This document shows positions 8,567 through 16,399 of a stretch of 20,000 bases of DNA, one piece after another. The first letter of the stretch is position 1; every line of letters begins with the position of its first letter. The stretch lies in the IMG/VR virus record IMGVR_UViG_3300022845_000001. The stretch is one strand, 5' to 3'. A program made the translations under genes and the position numbers. The notes beneath the pieces were generated by a model. It was not told the origin of the DNA. It worked only from the letters and a program-made list of their open reading frames with translations, and ran no database searches. This stretch comes from an uncultured virus (IMG/VR IMGVR_UViG_3300022845_000001). Its lineage: Duplodnaviria; Heunggongvirae; Uroviricota; Caudoviricetes.

Positions 8567-9396
8567 AGTTTCACAGTTGAGAATAATAAATTAGTAAATT
8601 CTGAGTTTTCTAAACTTAATATGTAGTCAAGTCTATAGCCCATTTCAGGATTTAATCCATTTCTTTGGCAAAACCCCATTGTTCCTGATTGACAGTTGCC
8701 AGCATTTAAGGAATGTTGAAAGCCAACAAACCTTTTTTTAAGTTTATCCTTTTCAATTTCTTCATTTCTTGAATTCAATAGTATTTTAGCCCGCATTTTT
8801 CGCCATGCCATGGCCCCGGCTATTGTTTCAGCGTGGAAATTTGATGTTATATACCCTTTTATAAAATCTACTGAGTAATTATTCTTTGATCCTGAGGGTT
8901 GTAAATGCCTTTCATCGAAAACCTTACTGTTAATTCTTTTCCCTTTGATAGTCCAAACATGCCCTATTTCCTGTATTTCACGCAATTCTTTTTTGTTAAG
9001 GTTTATTTTAATAGATCCGTATGTAGGACTATATTTACAGGATTTTGAATACATCTCTGTGGTATGAGCGGAGGCAAAGCTCTTACCGTTAAGGATTAGT
9101 GAACGGTAGCAACCCATCGAGTGCCCAGTATCAAAGGCACCAAGTATTTTAATAGCTTTTTCTTGAAGTAAAATATACTCCCTAATTGAAAGATTGTGGT
9201 TCTTAGCGTTTTCAGCCTGAATTTTTTTAACCAATTTCAGATCCTCCTTTTCCTCAAACTTTACCAAGTCCTGAAGGATCAGCCCTTCTTTACCTGACCA
9301 TTTTTTACGGTCTTCAATAGGCATTTTTTTCATGGTAGTCTTTAAATTAGAAGACTTACCACCTAATTCGATTATTTTTTTAGTTATATTTTTCAT
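8563..9396 (-). CDS. Hypothetical basic protein, 277 aa
   Basis: Long ORF, first gene after P2; C-terminal AGNCQSGTMGFC motif. Confidence 0.8.
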   Translation of the reverse strand: MKNITKKIIELGGKSSNLKTTMKKMPIEDRKKWSGKEGLILQDLVKFEEKEDLKLVKKIQAENAKNHNLSIREYILLQEKAIKILGAFDTGHSMGCYRSLILNGKSFASAHTTEMYSKSCKYSPTYGSIKINLNKKELREIQEIGHVWTIKGKRINSKVFDERHLQPSGSKNNYSVDFIKGYITSNFHAETIAGAMAWRKMRAKILLNSRNEEIEKDKLKKRFVGFQHSLNAGNCQSGTMGFCQRNGLNPEMGYRLDYILSLENSEFTNLLFSTVKL

Positions 9397-9412
9397 GGTT
9401 TGTTTTGTTTAT

Positions 9413-9482
9413 TAAATATAGTCAAAAGTATATTTTCATCATAGGCGTTTTATTTAAACGGTTGTATAAAGTGATAAATGGT
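9413..9482 (-). promoter_or_regulatory. Paired-repeat promoter P2
   Basis: TTAAACGGT (9454-9462) and ATAAATGGT (9474-9482). -7-like TATATTTA (minus) at 9413-9420; a consensus TACTTTTG also lies at 9423-9430. Confidence 0.7.
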
Positions 9483-9487
9483 ATCTG

Positions 9488-9643
9488 TTATTTTAACGGT
9501 TTAGATACTATTTTCTTAATGCTTCGTACTGGTGCGTTTTCATGGCTTAGTATGCTCCTGATTGCACTGCCTACAGTTAGGGATACGGTTTTTATTTTAA
9601 CCGTTACTGATCTATGTTTTAGGGTTATTGTGTATTGCCTCAT
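9488..9643 (-). CDS. Hypothetical protein, 51 aa (not in ORF track)
   Basis: MRQYTITLKHRSVTVKIKT...ENAPVRSIKKI; ATGA overlap. Confidence 0.65.
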   Translation of the reverse strand: MRQYTITLKHRSVTVKIKTVSLTVGSAIRSILSHENAPVRSIKKIVSKPLK

Positions 9644-9783
9644 TTTGTAAACAGATTTGAAATTTGGGCAAATGTGCTTTCTTCGTGGATATACGGGTTA
9701 ACTATCCCAACATCCCCTATTTTAAATATCATCCCTATTATCAGGACGTAAATAAAAATTGTAATGATTATTAACTTTTTCAT
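9640..9783 (-). CDS. Small single-TM protein, 47 aa (not in ORF track)
   Basis: MKKLIIITIFIYVLIIGMIF...; AACC-ATG leader. Confidence 0.6.
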   Translation of the reverse strand: MKKLIIITIFIYVLIIGMIFKIGDVGIVNPYIHEESTFAQISNLFTK

Positions 9784-9794
9784 GGTTGTGTAGT

Positions 9795-10061
9795 TTAAAT
9801 TTCACTTATATAGCCCTGTATGCTTTTGGCTAGCCCTATCGGATAATTGTACCAGCTTATAAATCCTTTGGCTCTGTTTTGTAGACCTTCTAAATCGTTA
9901 GAATACTCAATGAATGCGATATTCTCGGATCCGTCCCCATGCGATATTTTATTTATGAAAGCATATTTCTTTTTTGAGGAGTATTTATTCTCTAGTAAAA
10001 CGCTTTCCCTCTCTAGTTCAGGGTAATTATGTTTGATTATTACGTATGAATATTTTTTCAT
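9795..10061 (-). CDS. Hypothetical protein, 88 aa
   Basis: AAAACC-ATG leader. Confidence 0.75.
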   Translation of the reverse strand: MKKYSYVIIKHNYPELERESVLLENKYSSKKKYAFINKISHGDGSENIAFIEYSNDLEGLQNRAKGFISWYNYPIGLAKSIQGYISEI

Positions 10062-10077
10062 GGTTTTAGATTAAAGT

Positions 10078-10362
10078 TTAAAGTAATTCCCACCCTTTAT
10101 TGGTTAATTCAGGAGAAAATAATGTTTTTGGAAAAGCATCAGGGAATATCTTTTTTAAAGATTCCCATTTTCTTATATCCCAAGAATCTATAATTTCGTA
10201 ACATTTTTCTTTTGCTGTTTTTTGAGCATTGTAAAAAGTCATTGAATTACCCTCTTTTATAAGTTGAGTTAATAATATCCCCCATTTATCTGTACTGCTG
10301 TTGGCACTTAAGTCTTTAGAGGCTTGAGTTACGCATTTATTTTTAATTGTGTCCCACTTCAT
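10078..10362 (-). CDS. Hypothetical protein, 94 aa
   Basis: AAAACC-ATG leader. Confidence 0.75.
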   Translation of the reverse strand: MKWDTIKNKCVTQASKDLSANSSTDKWGILLTQLIKEGNSMTFYNAQKTAKEKCYEIIDSWDIRKWESLKKIFPDAFPKTLFSPELTNKGWELL

Positions 10363-10373
10363 GGTTTTGAATT

Positions 10374-10550
10374 TTAGTTTGATATTTTTATATTTTTTAT
10401 TTTAACATCTTTCGGACTTGATATATAATTAGGTTCTGTATCTAACCCTCGATATATCCCTTTTATTATAGCCCTCTCAATTTCATGAGAAAACTTTGAA
10501 GTTTTAATTTCAATAGAAACTTCAATCTTGACTAGTCTTTGATCTTCCAT
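10374..10550 (-). CDS. Hypothetical protein, 58 aa (not in ORF track)
   Basis: MEDQRLVKIEVSIEIK... fills the gap. Confidence 0.6.
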   Translation of the reverse strand: MEDQRLVKIEVSIEIKTSKFSHEIERAIIKGIYRGLDTEPNYISSPKDVKIKNIKISN

Positions 10551-10626
10551 TATATTTTAGTTTATGTTAATTTTTGTCCCCTATTGTAATCAAATACCAC
10601 GGTTATACCGTAGGGGAGTCTATGTG

Positions 10627-11352
10627 TTATCCTGTTATCAATACAGTACTAACCATTGTTCCAGAAGATTTAAACGCTCCGTTTTCATTGGTTCGTATAA
10701 TGAAATTTTCTTCGGAAAATTCTCTAAATGCTACCTGTTTTTTTTGATTACCAAACGTCCACGATGTTGACATTATAGATATAATTTGCCCATAATCTTC
10801 TTTTTCAGAAACCATTTTTAAAACATGGTCTATATCTTTATTTTTACTAAATGGGGGATTAGCAAAAATCAAATCATATTTTTCACTAGGAACAAAATCC
10901 ATATAATCCCCCTGTATTAGATTTATATTTGGGTTATCCCTGTATTTTTCTTTTAGGATTGAAAAATTTAACTCCGATAACTCAACCGCATCAATTTTTG
11001 AATCAGGATATTTTGCTATCAATTCATCAATTAAATGTCCTTGCCCTGCGCTTGGCTCTAAGATCTTTTTAGGATACCCAATAATTTCATTCATCATTTG
11101 GCTAGATACTTGTTTGTCAGTGTGAAAGAATTGAAATTCCTTTTTAAAATCAATCACTTCTCCAGTTTTTAGCGTTTCAATTATCGCTTTTGCAGAAAAA
11201 GGGAACTCAAATGAATTGTTTTTATATTTACCGCACGCCTTATTTAATGCAGTTTTTAATCCTGCGTAATCGTTTAAATGTTCTTTTGGTAAGAATACCT
11301 TATTCCCTTCTATTATTAAGGCCCCTAAATCTTGCTTTAATGAATTTTTCAT
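10627..11352 (-). CDS. SAM-dependent amino (likely N6-adenine) methyltransferase, gamma-type motif order, 241 aa
   Basis: EFQFFHT (motif X), ILEPSAGQG (motif I), AVEL, FANPPF (motif IV). Start revised to the AAAACC-ATG at 11352. Confidence 0.9.
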   Translation of the reverse strand: MKNSLKQDLGALIIEGNKVFLPKEHLNDYAGLKTALNKACGKYKNNSFEFPFSAKAIIETLKTGEVIDFKKEFQFFHTDKQVSSQMMNEIIGYPKKILEPSAGQGHLIDELIAKYPDSKIDAVELSELNFSILKEKYRDNPNINLIQGDYMDFVPSEKYDLIFANPPFSKNKDIDHVLKMVSEKEDYGQIISIMSTSWTFGNQKKQVAFREFSEENFIIRTNENGAFKSSGTMVSTVLITG

Positions 11353-11356
11353 GGTT

Positions 11357-11872
11357 TTAAAATAGTTTATTTGAATCAAATTGTTTTAATGTTCCGTATT
11401 TGGCAAAATATTTATTACCTTCTTTTGTTCCGCATAAATAAACGGCTTCTCCTTGGCTGTTGTGGCTGTGTGGTTCCCCACATACAAACCCTCCCCTTGC
11501 CATTCTTTTCGGCGGCACACACTCTAAAAAGTGCCAGTAAGCGTCCTCGCACATTTCCGTTTTGGGAAACCCTTTTGTTTTTGCGTGATCTAATCCGCCC
11601 CTCCATCTCTCAGAGTTGTGCAGGTCAATAAAAGGATATGTTTTATTATCGTGCCTATGTTCTCTTTCTTCCTTTTCTTTTTCCATTCTGATTTTATCCT
11701 GAGCTTTAAAAATCTCCTCCTCTTTCTGTGATGGAAAACAGAATTTTTTGCCTGTGCTTATTTCTATTACCTCATCATTATTTCTGATAAAATCACTGTC
11801 TGATAAAAATTTTCCTGTCAAATTATACAATTGACTAGAAAGAGCGGATTTATTTAATGGTTGTAGTTTCAT
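11357..11872 (-). CDS. DUF1419-like protein, 171 aa
   Basis: C-terminal EMCEDAYWHFLECVPP...FVCGEP resembles the DUF1419 signature. Confidence 0.6.
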   Translation of the reverse strand: MKLQPLNKSALSSQLYNLTGKFLSDSDFIRNNDEVIEISTGKKFCFPSQKEEEIFKAQDKIRMEKEKEEREHRHDNKTYPFIDLHNSERWRGGLDHAKTKGFPKTEMCEDAYWHFLECVPPKRMARGGFVCGEPHSHNSQGEAVYLCGTKEGNKYFAKYGTLKQFDSNKLF

Positions 11873-11883
11873 TTTAGTTTGTT

Positions 11884-12774
11884 TTAAAGTGTTTTTAAAA
11901 AAGATTTTAGCCTAGATTTTGGAATATATAAACCGAACCCCACGTGCACCACTTTCTCACCTTCTTCTATTTCTGGTTTTATTTTTCCGTATCCCTCCCT
12001 AAATTGATCATTATTAAAAGCGAAGAAACCAAGATGATCTTTTACTGCGTCCTTTTTCTTTTTGCTTTTACAGTGCTTCGCTTCTGCCTTTTCTCTTTTT
12101 TCTTCGGTTAATAGCTTTATTTCGTCTTCTTCTCCCCAAAGATAAATGGCCGTTTCAACCTTTTTGTCTAATTCTTTCACCTCTTTATTTGCGTACTGCA
12201 AAGACATTGAGTGTTTTCTTTCTTTTGGGTTATCTTTCAAAAATTGGTGTTTTTCCTTCGCTTCCTGTAGCTTGAATTCAAAATAATTTAAACTTTCAGG
12301 CATTGACAAATTTATTGCACTGGCTTTATCTTTCCAGTATTCAGCCCGCCTTTCGTAGTCCTTTGCTTTTTCGCTCTCTGCTACACTTTTGCCCATTTGA
12401 GACCAATTGTTTTCTATTAATTTTCTATGTCGCCTTTCGCTGTGATGCCCTATTTTTATAGGCTCTCCAAGAGCTAGAAAATCCGAATGTTTTTTAGATG
12501 CTTCGTAATGTTTATTTGATCTTTTTTCAGCATTTGAAGCATAACCAAGCAATTTACCCGCTTTGTCTTCAGCTCTAGTTTGTGAGGTCGTTCCGTCTGT
12601 CCTGACTACAGAATATAAGAATAGCCCGTCTTTTGTTTTTCCAAGATAGTTGTAAATTTCATTTTCTACCTTTTTGCTGTATTTAGTGGTTATGGTTATT
12701 AAATCTCCTGTTTCGTGTTGCTCGCTACATTTTGCGACGAATACATTAGGGCAATATTTTGAATAAGTGTTCAT
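11884..12774 (-). CDS. DUF3560-domain protein, 296 aa
   Basis: GEPIKIGHHSERRHR signature, with an extra C-terminal FFAFNNDQF domain. Confidence 0.85.
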   Translation of the reverse strand: MNTYSKYCPNVFVAKCSEQHETGDLITITTKYSKKVENEIYNYLGKTKDGLFLYSVVRTDGTTSQTRAEDKAGKLLGYASNAEKRSNKHYEASKKHSDFLALGEPIKIGHHSERRHRKLIENNWSQMGKSVAESEKAKDYERRAEYWKDKASAINLSMPESLNYFEFKLQEAKEKHQFLKDNPKERKHSMSLQYANKEVKELDKKVETAIYLWGEEDEIKLLTEEKREKAEAKHCKSKKKKDAVKDHLGFFAFNNDQFREGYGKIKPEIEEGEKVVHVGFGLYIPKSRLKSFLKTL

Positions 12775-12797
12775 GGTTTGTTTCGTTTATCTTGATA

Positions 12798-12867
12798 TAA
12801 ATGTAATAAATTGGAAACCAGTAAACTAGGAAACTTACACAAGCGGTAAAAATACCTGATGAACGGT
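12798..12867 (-). promoter_or_regulatory. Paired-repeat promoter P3
   Basis: ACAAGCGGT (12839-12847) and ATGAACGGT (12859-12867). -7-like TACATTTA (minus) at 12798-12805. Confidence 0.75.
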
Positions 12868-12881
12868 AAATCAAATATTTA

Positions 12882-12920
12882 GGCATAAAAATACCCTTGA
12901 TAGTTAAACCAAGGGTATTT
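12882..12920 (-). terminator. Intrinsic terminator
   Basis: Stem AAATACCCTTG/CAAGGGTATTT; minus-strand tail TTTTTATGCC. Confidence 0.85.
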
Positions 12921-12944
12921 AATGAATCACCTATGAAGATTGTA

Positions 12945-13271
12945 TTAGCTTATCACGTGCTTTGTAATTTTGTTATTTTTATTATCAATCAAACCACAGA
13001 GGGGAACCGGATAATCATTAAAGAAGTTGTAGTTTTCGGACTTTCTTTCTCCTGTAGTAAGTATGTATTCAGGAAAATTGGCGTTAAAACTTACTGTTTG
13101 CAGGGTTTGCCCTACTGGCATCAATTTATATAATTCATAATTAAAAGACTCATTTTCTGAGGCCATGACCGCAACCTGATCCGGTGGTCTGTCAGTCTCA
13201 AAACTAACGGGGTTAAATGCAATCAAACTGATTACAAATAACATTAATAGCATTATCATTTTCATAGGCAT
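12945..13271 (-). CDS. Secreted or membrane-anchored protein, about 108 aa
   Basis: Signal-peptide-like MKMIMLLMLFVISLIAF. The TTG start in the track overlaps the P4 -7 box, so the start was moved to an ATG. Confidence 0.6.
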   Translation of the reverse strand: MPMKMIMLLMLFVISLIAFNPVSFETDRPPDQVAVMASENESFNYELYKLMPVGQTLQTVSFNANFPEYILTTGERKSENYNFFNDYPVPLCGLIDNKNNKITKHVIS

Positions 13272-13310
13272 GTAATTAAATTTGTTTTGTGTGTGTAATA
13301 ATATTGAACT

Positions 13311-13380
13311 CAAATATAAAAAGAAATTGTTTTGTAAACAACCTCTGTTTTATGAACGGTTTAAATAGATTTTATACGGT
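13311..13380 (-). promoter_or_regulatory. Paired-repeat promoter P4
   Basis: ATGAACGGT (13352-13360) and TTATACGGT (13372-13380, overlapping the upstream stop codon). Consensus -7 TATATTTG at 13311-13318. Confidence 0.7.
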
Positions 13381-13581
13381 AAAGAACAATTCACCATTTA
13401 ATTTATTTTCAAATTTACCTCCTTTTTTACCATGTAAACCAATGTAATAGCCATTACTACTCTTTATTAAATACTCTTCATTCTTATCTTTTATCACTGT
13501 GTAAGAATGGTTTCCGCAATAAACCGTTTTACCGTTATCAACTGCTTTTTTAATTTCTTTAATACTTTTTAGATCTTTCAT
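13372..13581 (-). CDS. Conserved phage hypothetical protein, 69 aa
   Basis: IKKAVDNGKTVY...YTVIKD...YYIGL pattern. Confidence 0.75.
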   Translation of the reverse strand: MKDLKSIKEIKKAVDNGKTVYCGNHSYTVIKDKNEEYLIKSSNGYYIGLHGKKGGKFENKLNGELFFTV

Positions 13582-13811
13582 AGTTTTAAGGACTTATCAA
13601 AAATTGAAGGCTGTCCAATTGCAAACAATAGAAAATTACTTTGTACCTGATCCATTTTTGAAGATTCAAAATTTAATAATACTAATTTTTTCGTTTCACT
13701 CCTAAAGCTGTCCTTAGTAATGTCAGGAAGGCTAATTAACATAGTGTATAGCCTTGCGTTTAGCTTTGTAGCGTTGATGTTTCCATCTAGATTAATTTTT
13801 TGATTGTTCAT
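13578..13811 (-). CDS. Hypothetical protein, 77 aa
   Basis: ORF with an ATGA overlap. Confidence 0.65.
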   Translation of the reverse strand: MNNQKINLDGNINATKLNARLYTMLISLPDITKDSFRSETKKLVLLNFESSKMDQVQSNFLLFAIGQPSIFDKSLKL

Positions 13812-13832
13812 ATTATTATAGTTTTAATGGTT

Positions 13833-14021
13833 TTACAATGTAACCCTAGAGGCTAATTTTTCACTGATAATTCCATCTTTACAAAGATGATCCACAAAAT
13901 CAATAAAAATCATTCTAATGTCTGCATTATAGTCATTTTGCCTTTTCTTTACCTTAAAAAAAGGCTTAAATTCAGGATGGTATTCCCAGAATGAATTTCT
14001 TACTTGTTTAATAGTTTTCAT
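13833..14021 (-). CDS. Conserved phage hypothetical protein, 62 aa
   Basis: KQVRNSFW...RQNDY..DIR..F.DFVD.L..DG.IS..LA.RVTL pattern. Confidence 0.8.
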   Translation of the reverse strand: MKTIKQVRNSFWEYHPEFKPFFKVKKRQNDYNADIRMIFIDFVDHLCKDGIISEKLASRVTL

Positions 14022-14044
14022 ATTCTTATGGTTTTAATATATTG

Positions 14045-14114
14045 TAAAGATAAACTATGCCCGAACAAACCACAACCAATATTCCACTAGTGGTAACATA
14101 CTTACATGAATGGT
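14045..14114 (-). promoter_or_regulatory. Paired-repeat promoter P5
   Basis: ACTAGTGGT (14086-14094) and ATGAATGGT (14106-14114). -7-like TATCTTTA (minus) at 14045-14052. Confidence 0.65.
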
Positions 14115-14134
14115 AAATCCGGCCAAATGTAAGT

Positions 14135-14170
14135 CCATAAAAATACCCTGTTAAACTAATAACAGGGGTA
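14135..14170 (-). terminator. Intrinsic terminator
   Basis: Stem CCCTGTTA/TAACAGGG; minus-strand tail TATTTTTATGG. Confidence 0.8.
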
Positions 14171-14182
14171 AGAGGTAAAGAA

Positions 14183-14407
14183 TTAATAAACTTGTTTTGA
14201 ATTTTTAGGAACCTGAATATAAAATACATAGTCTTCACAGTTACATTGCGTTTCTCCGCCTTTCATGAAGGATAATCTAAATGTCATATTATTTATATTC
14301 ATCGAATTAACGGTAAATATGCCATTACCTTTTGTAGCTTTTATCTTTCTGTTACCTACCTTTAAAATTGAAAAGGCTAACTCAGGAGTTGTTTTTATTA
14401 ATTCCAT
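14183..14407 (-). CDS. Hypothetical protein, 74 aa
   Basis: ORF ends just before the terminator. Confidence 0.65.
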   Translation of the reverse strand: MELIKTTPELAFSILKVGNRKIKATKGNGIFTVNSMNINNMTFRLSFMKGGETQCNCEDYVFYIQVPKNSKQVY

Positions 14408-14416
14408 GTTTTTAGT

Positions 14417-14596
14417 TTAAATGTTCCCTTCATTGGTATGCATTTCTATTCTAGCAATACCCTGTTCAATAGACTCACGGGTAAATGAGATATAACTATC
14501 TTGCGAAGGCCTACCAAACGCATAATAAACCCCGTCTGAATTGCGCCATACAAACCCTTTTATTTTCTTGCCTTTTCTAATTAGTGTCTTTTTCAT
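14417..14596 (-). CDS. Hypothetical protein, 59 aa (not in ORF track)
   Basis: MKKTLIRKGKKIKGFVWRNSDGVYYAFG...; AAAACC-ATG leader. Confidence 0.7.
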   Translation of the reverse strand: MKKTLIRKGKKIKGFVWRNSDGVYYAFGRPSQDSYISFTRESIEQGIARIEMHTNEGNI

Positions 14597-14620
14597 GGTT
14601 TTGATTGTTAAAAGCTAAAA

Positions 14621-14824
14621 TTAAAAGGGTAAAGGATGCGAATATTTAACATCCTTCCAAACTCCCTCGTATTTGTGGGCGATTTCTCTAACTATATAAC
14701 CTCCATTATACCTAGTTGAAACGCTTAAATATTGGTTTCTAGTGGCGTAACATTTTGCGCCTCTTTCAGTTTTGGAAACGTCATGATGAATTCCGTTTAT
14801 TAATACTCCATATATATCGTTCAT
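14621..14824 (-). CDS. Hypothetical protein, 67 aa
   Basis: AAAACC-ATG leader; DVSKTERGAKCYATRN. Confidence 0.75.
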   Translation of the reverse strand: MNDIYGVLINGIHHDVSKTERGAKCYATRNQYLSVSTRYNGGYIVREIAHKYEGVWKDVKYSHPLPF

Positions 14825-14892
14825 GGTTTTGATTGTTTAGTTTTCGATAATTAATTCATTTCAATTATAAATGACTACAGATTATTTATTCA

Positions 14893-15099
14893 TTATCTTA
14901 AAACTATACCTTTTTTAGTTGGTACGGCAAATTGAACCATTACTATTTCTTTAGGAAAAGAGGAACCATTAAACGCCATTCCGTGTAATGTGGTTTTTAA
15001 ATTTTCTTTTCCCACGGTCATTAATTGGCCATTCAATTCAACAGTCATTCCTATTTTTAAATCTGATTTTTGAATTATTGTTTTAACTAAGTTTTTCAT
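14893..15099 (-). CDS. Hypothetical protein, 68 aa
   Basis: ORF; SDLKIGMTVELNG. Confidence 0.75.
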   Translation of the reverse strand: MKNLVKTIIQKSDLKIGMTVELNGQLMTVGKENLKTTLHGMAFNGSSFPKEIVMVQFAVPTKKGIVLR

Positions 15100-15106
15100 G
15101 GCTTTG

Positions 15107-15409
15107 TTAAAATAAGGTGGATAAAAATATAGAATCAGAGGTAATTTGTTCCCTTAAATCTTCCTTTTCTTCTTCTGTTAAATCGCTGTATTTTTCATTA
15201 ATTATTGTCTCAATACATTCATAAAAATCATCTGATGGGCAAATAGTACAAAGGCTACCAGTATTAAAGACTCCCCAAGCGAGATAAATGGCCTCGCCTT
15301 TGCATTGACTTTTAAAATAGGCGTTTAATTGCCTCTTTCTTGCATATATTTCCTCAAAAGAAATGTATTCCAATTTTTGACTTGCTTCTATAATTTCGTG
15401 TAATTTCAT
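15107..15409 (-). CDS. Hypothetical acidic protein, 100 aa
   Basis: AAAACC-ATG leader; first gene after P6. Confidence 0.75.
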   Translation of the reverse strand: MKLHEIIEASQKLEYISFEEIYARKRQLNAYFKSQCKGEAIYLAWGVFNTGSLCTICPSDDFYECIETIINEKYSDLTEEEKEDLREQITSDSIFLSTLF

Positions 15410-15433
15410 GGTTTTACTTATTTAAGTATGAAA

Positions 15434-15503
15434 CAATATTAAGGAGAAAATAAATACCAATGAAGTGATTTTACACGAACGGTTCTAAAAAGGGATGAAC
15501 GGT
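15434..15503 (-). promoter_or_regulatory. Paired-repeat promoter P6
   Basis: ACGAACGGT (15475-15483) and ATGAACGGT (15495-15503). -7-like TAATATTG (minus) at 15434-15441. Confidence 0.75.
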
Positions 15504-15517
15504 ATTAATTCAAATTT

Positions 15518-15545
15518 GGCATAAAAAAAGGCTGATTAAAGCCCT
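15518..15545 (-). terminator. Intrinsic terminator
   Basis: Minus strand GGGCT-TTAATC-AGCCT-TTTTTTATGCC overlapping the stop of 15536-15817. Confidence 0.75.
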
Positions 15546-15817
15546 GAAGTATCCCATCCAATCAGCCAACGTCCATCGGGTTGCCTTTGTAAAATTGGTA
15601 GGTAATCTTCATGGCCGTATTCTTCGGGCCTCATCCAAGATGAATTCATGGCCACTTCTTCAGAAAAAGTATTAATTGAGATAGCCATAGGTATTTGTAA
15701 TTTCACACCTAAACGGACTCTTTTAAAGCCCTCAGGCATAACAATTGGGCTAACTACATTATTTAAAAAGGTGTTTTTATAACCACCTGAAAGGTTTTTA
15801 ATTTTTATCGTTTCCAT
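15536..15817 (-). CDS. Hypothetical protein, 93 aa (monocistronic unit)
   Basis: ORF between P7 and a terminator. Confidence 0.75.
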   Translation of the reverse strand: METIKIKNLSGGYKNTFLNNVVSPIVMPEGFKRVRLGVKLQIPMAISINTFSEEVAMNSSWMRPEEYGHEDYLPILQRQPDGRWLIGWDTSGL

Positions 15818-15838
15818 AATCTTTTATTTAAGTATGCT

Positions 15839-15908
15839 CAAAGAATGAAATAAACCATGTGATAAACAATAAAAGTTACATAAGCGGTCTTAAAAATAGG
15901 TGAACGGT
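15839..15908 (-). promoter_or_regulatory. Paired-repeat promoter P7
   Basis: ATAAGCGGT (15880-15888) and GTGAACGGT (15900-15908). -7-like ATTCTTTG (minus) at 15839-15846. Confidence 0.75.
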
Positions 15909-15978
15909 ATCTATGCCCGAAACTCCTACCCTCACACCTCATAAGGATAGAAACCAGTTCCGGCCAAATGTAAGAAGC

Positions 15979-16341
15979 TCATTCACCAGGTAACAGAGAA
16001 CTATCCAACAAAGAAGAAAGCCGACTCTTTAGAAGTAACCCCGATTTAGTAAGTGTAATATAAGAACGTGAAAAGTATTGTGGGCTTTTAGTCTTAATAA
16101 TAAATCCCTCTGTTTCTAGCTTCTTAATGTGTTCTACTGTAGTTGTTTTAGACAGAGCCTTATTTTGGCCTGTATTAAGCTTAATTACCTCATATTGTGT
16201 AGTAGCACCCGTTTTATCTAATAACGCTACTATGGCACCAAAAACAATGATCTGGGGCAACCTTAGTGTTGTATATGTGTGCAACAAAGATTTAGTAGTG
16301 CTAAATGTGCCGTAAAACAATAGAAATTTATTGCTTTTCAT
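15979..16341 (-). CDS. MarR-like winged helix-turn-helix protein, 120 aa
   Basis: LSKTTTVEHIKKLETEGFIIK...RSYITLTKSG. Confidence 0.75.
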   Translation of the reverse strand: MKSNKFLLFYGTFSTTKSLLHTYTTLRLPQIIVFGAIVALLDKTGATTQYEVIKLNTGQNKALSKTTTVEHIKKLETEGFIIKTKSPQYFSRSYITLTKSGLLLKSRLSSLLDSSLLPGE

Positions 16342-16399
16342 AAAACGTAATTAATTAGAAAAGAGAATGGTTTATTGTGGTTCTTATCCCGTATTCAAA

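Noticed and set aside
9492..9500. Third repeat-like TTTAACGGT beside P2
   Set aside because: It is 18 bp rather than 20 bp from its neighbour and lies in the last codons of a gene; probably chance.
10575..10620. Hammerhead ribozyme or SAM riboswitch call for the branched structure
   Set aside because: There is no CUGANGA/GAAA core and no recognisable SAM aptamer.
11415..11606. 63-aa minus-strand ORF
   Set aside because: It is nested out of frame within the DUF1419-like gene.
14026..14238. 70-aa minus-strand ORF
   Set aside because: It has a TTG/GTG-type start inside another gene and spans a terminator, promoter P5 and the repeated motifs, so it is better explained as regulatory DNA.
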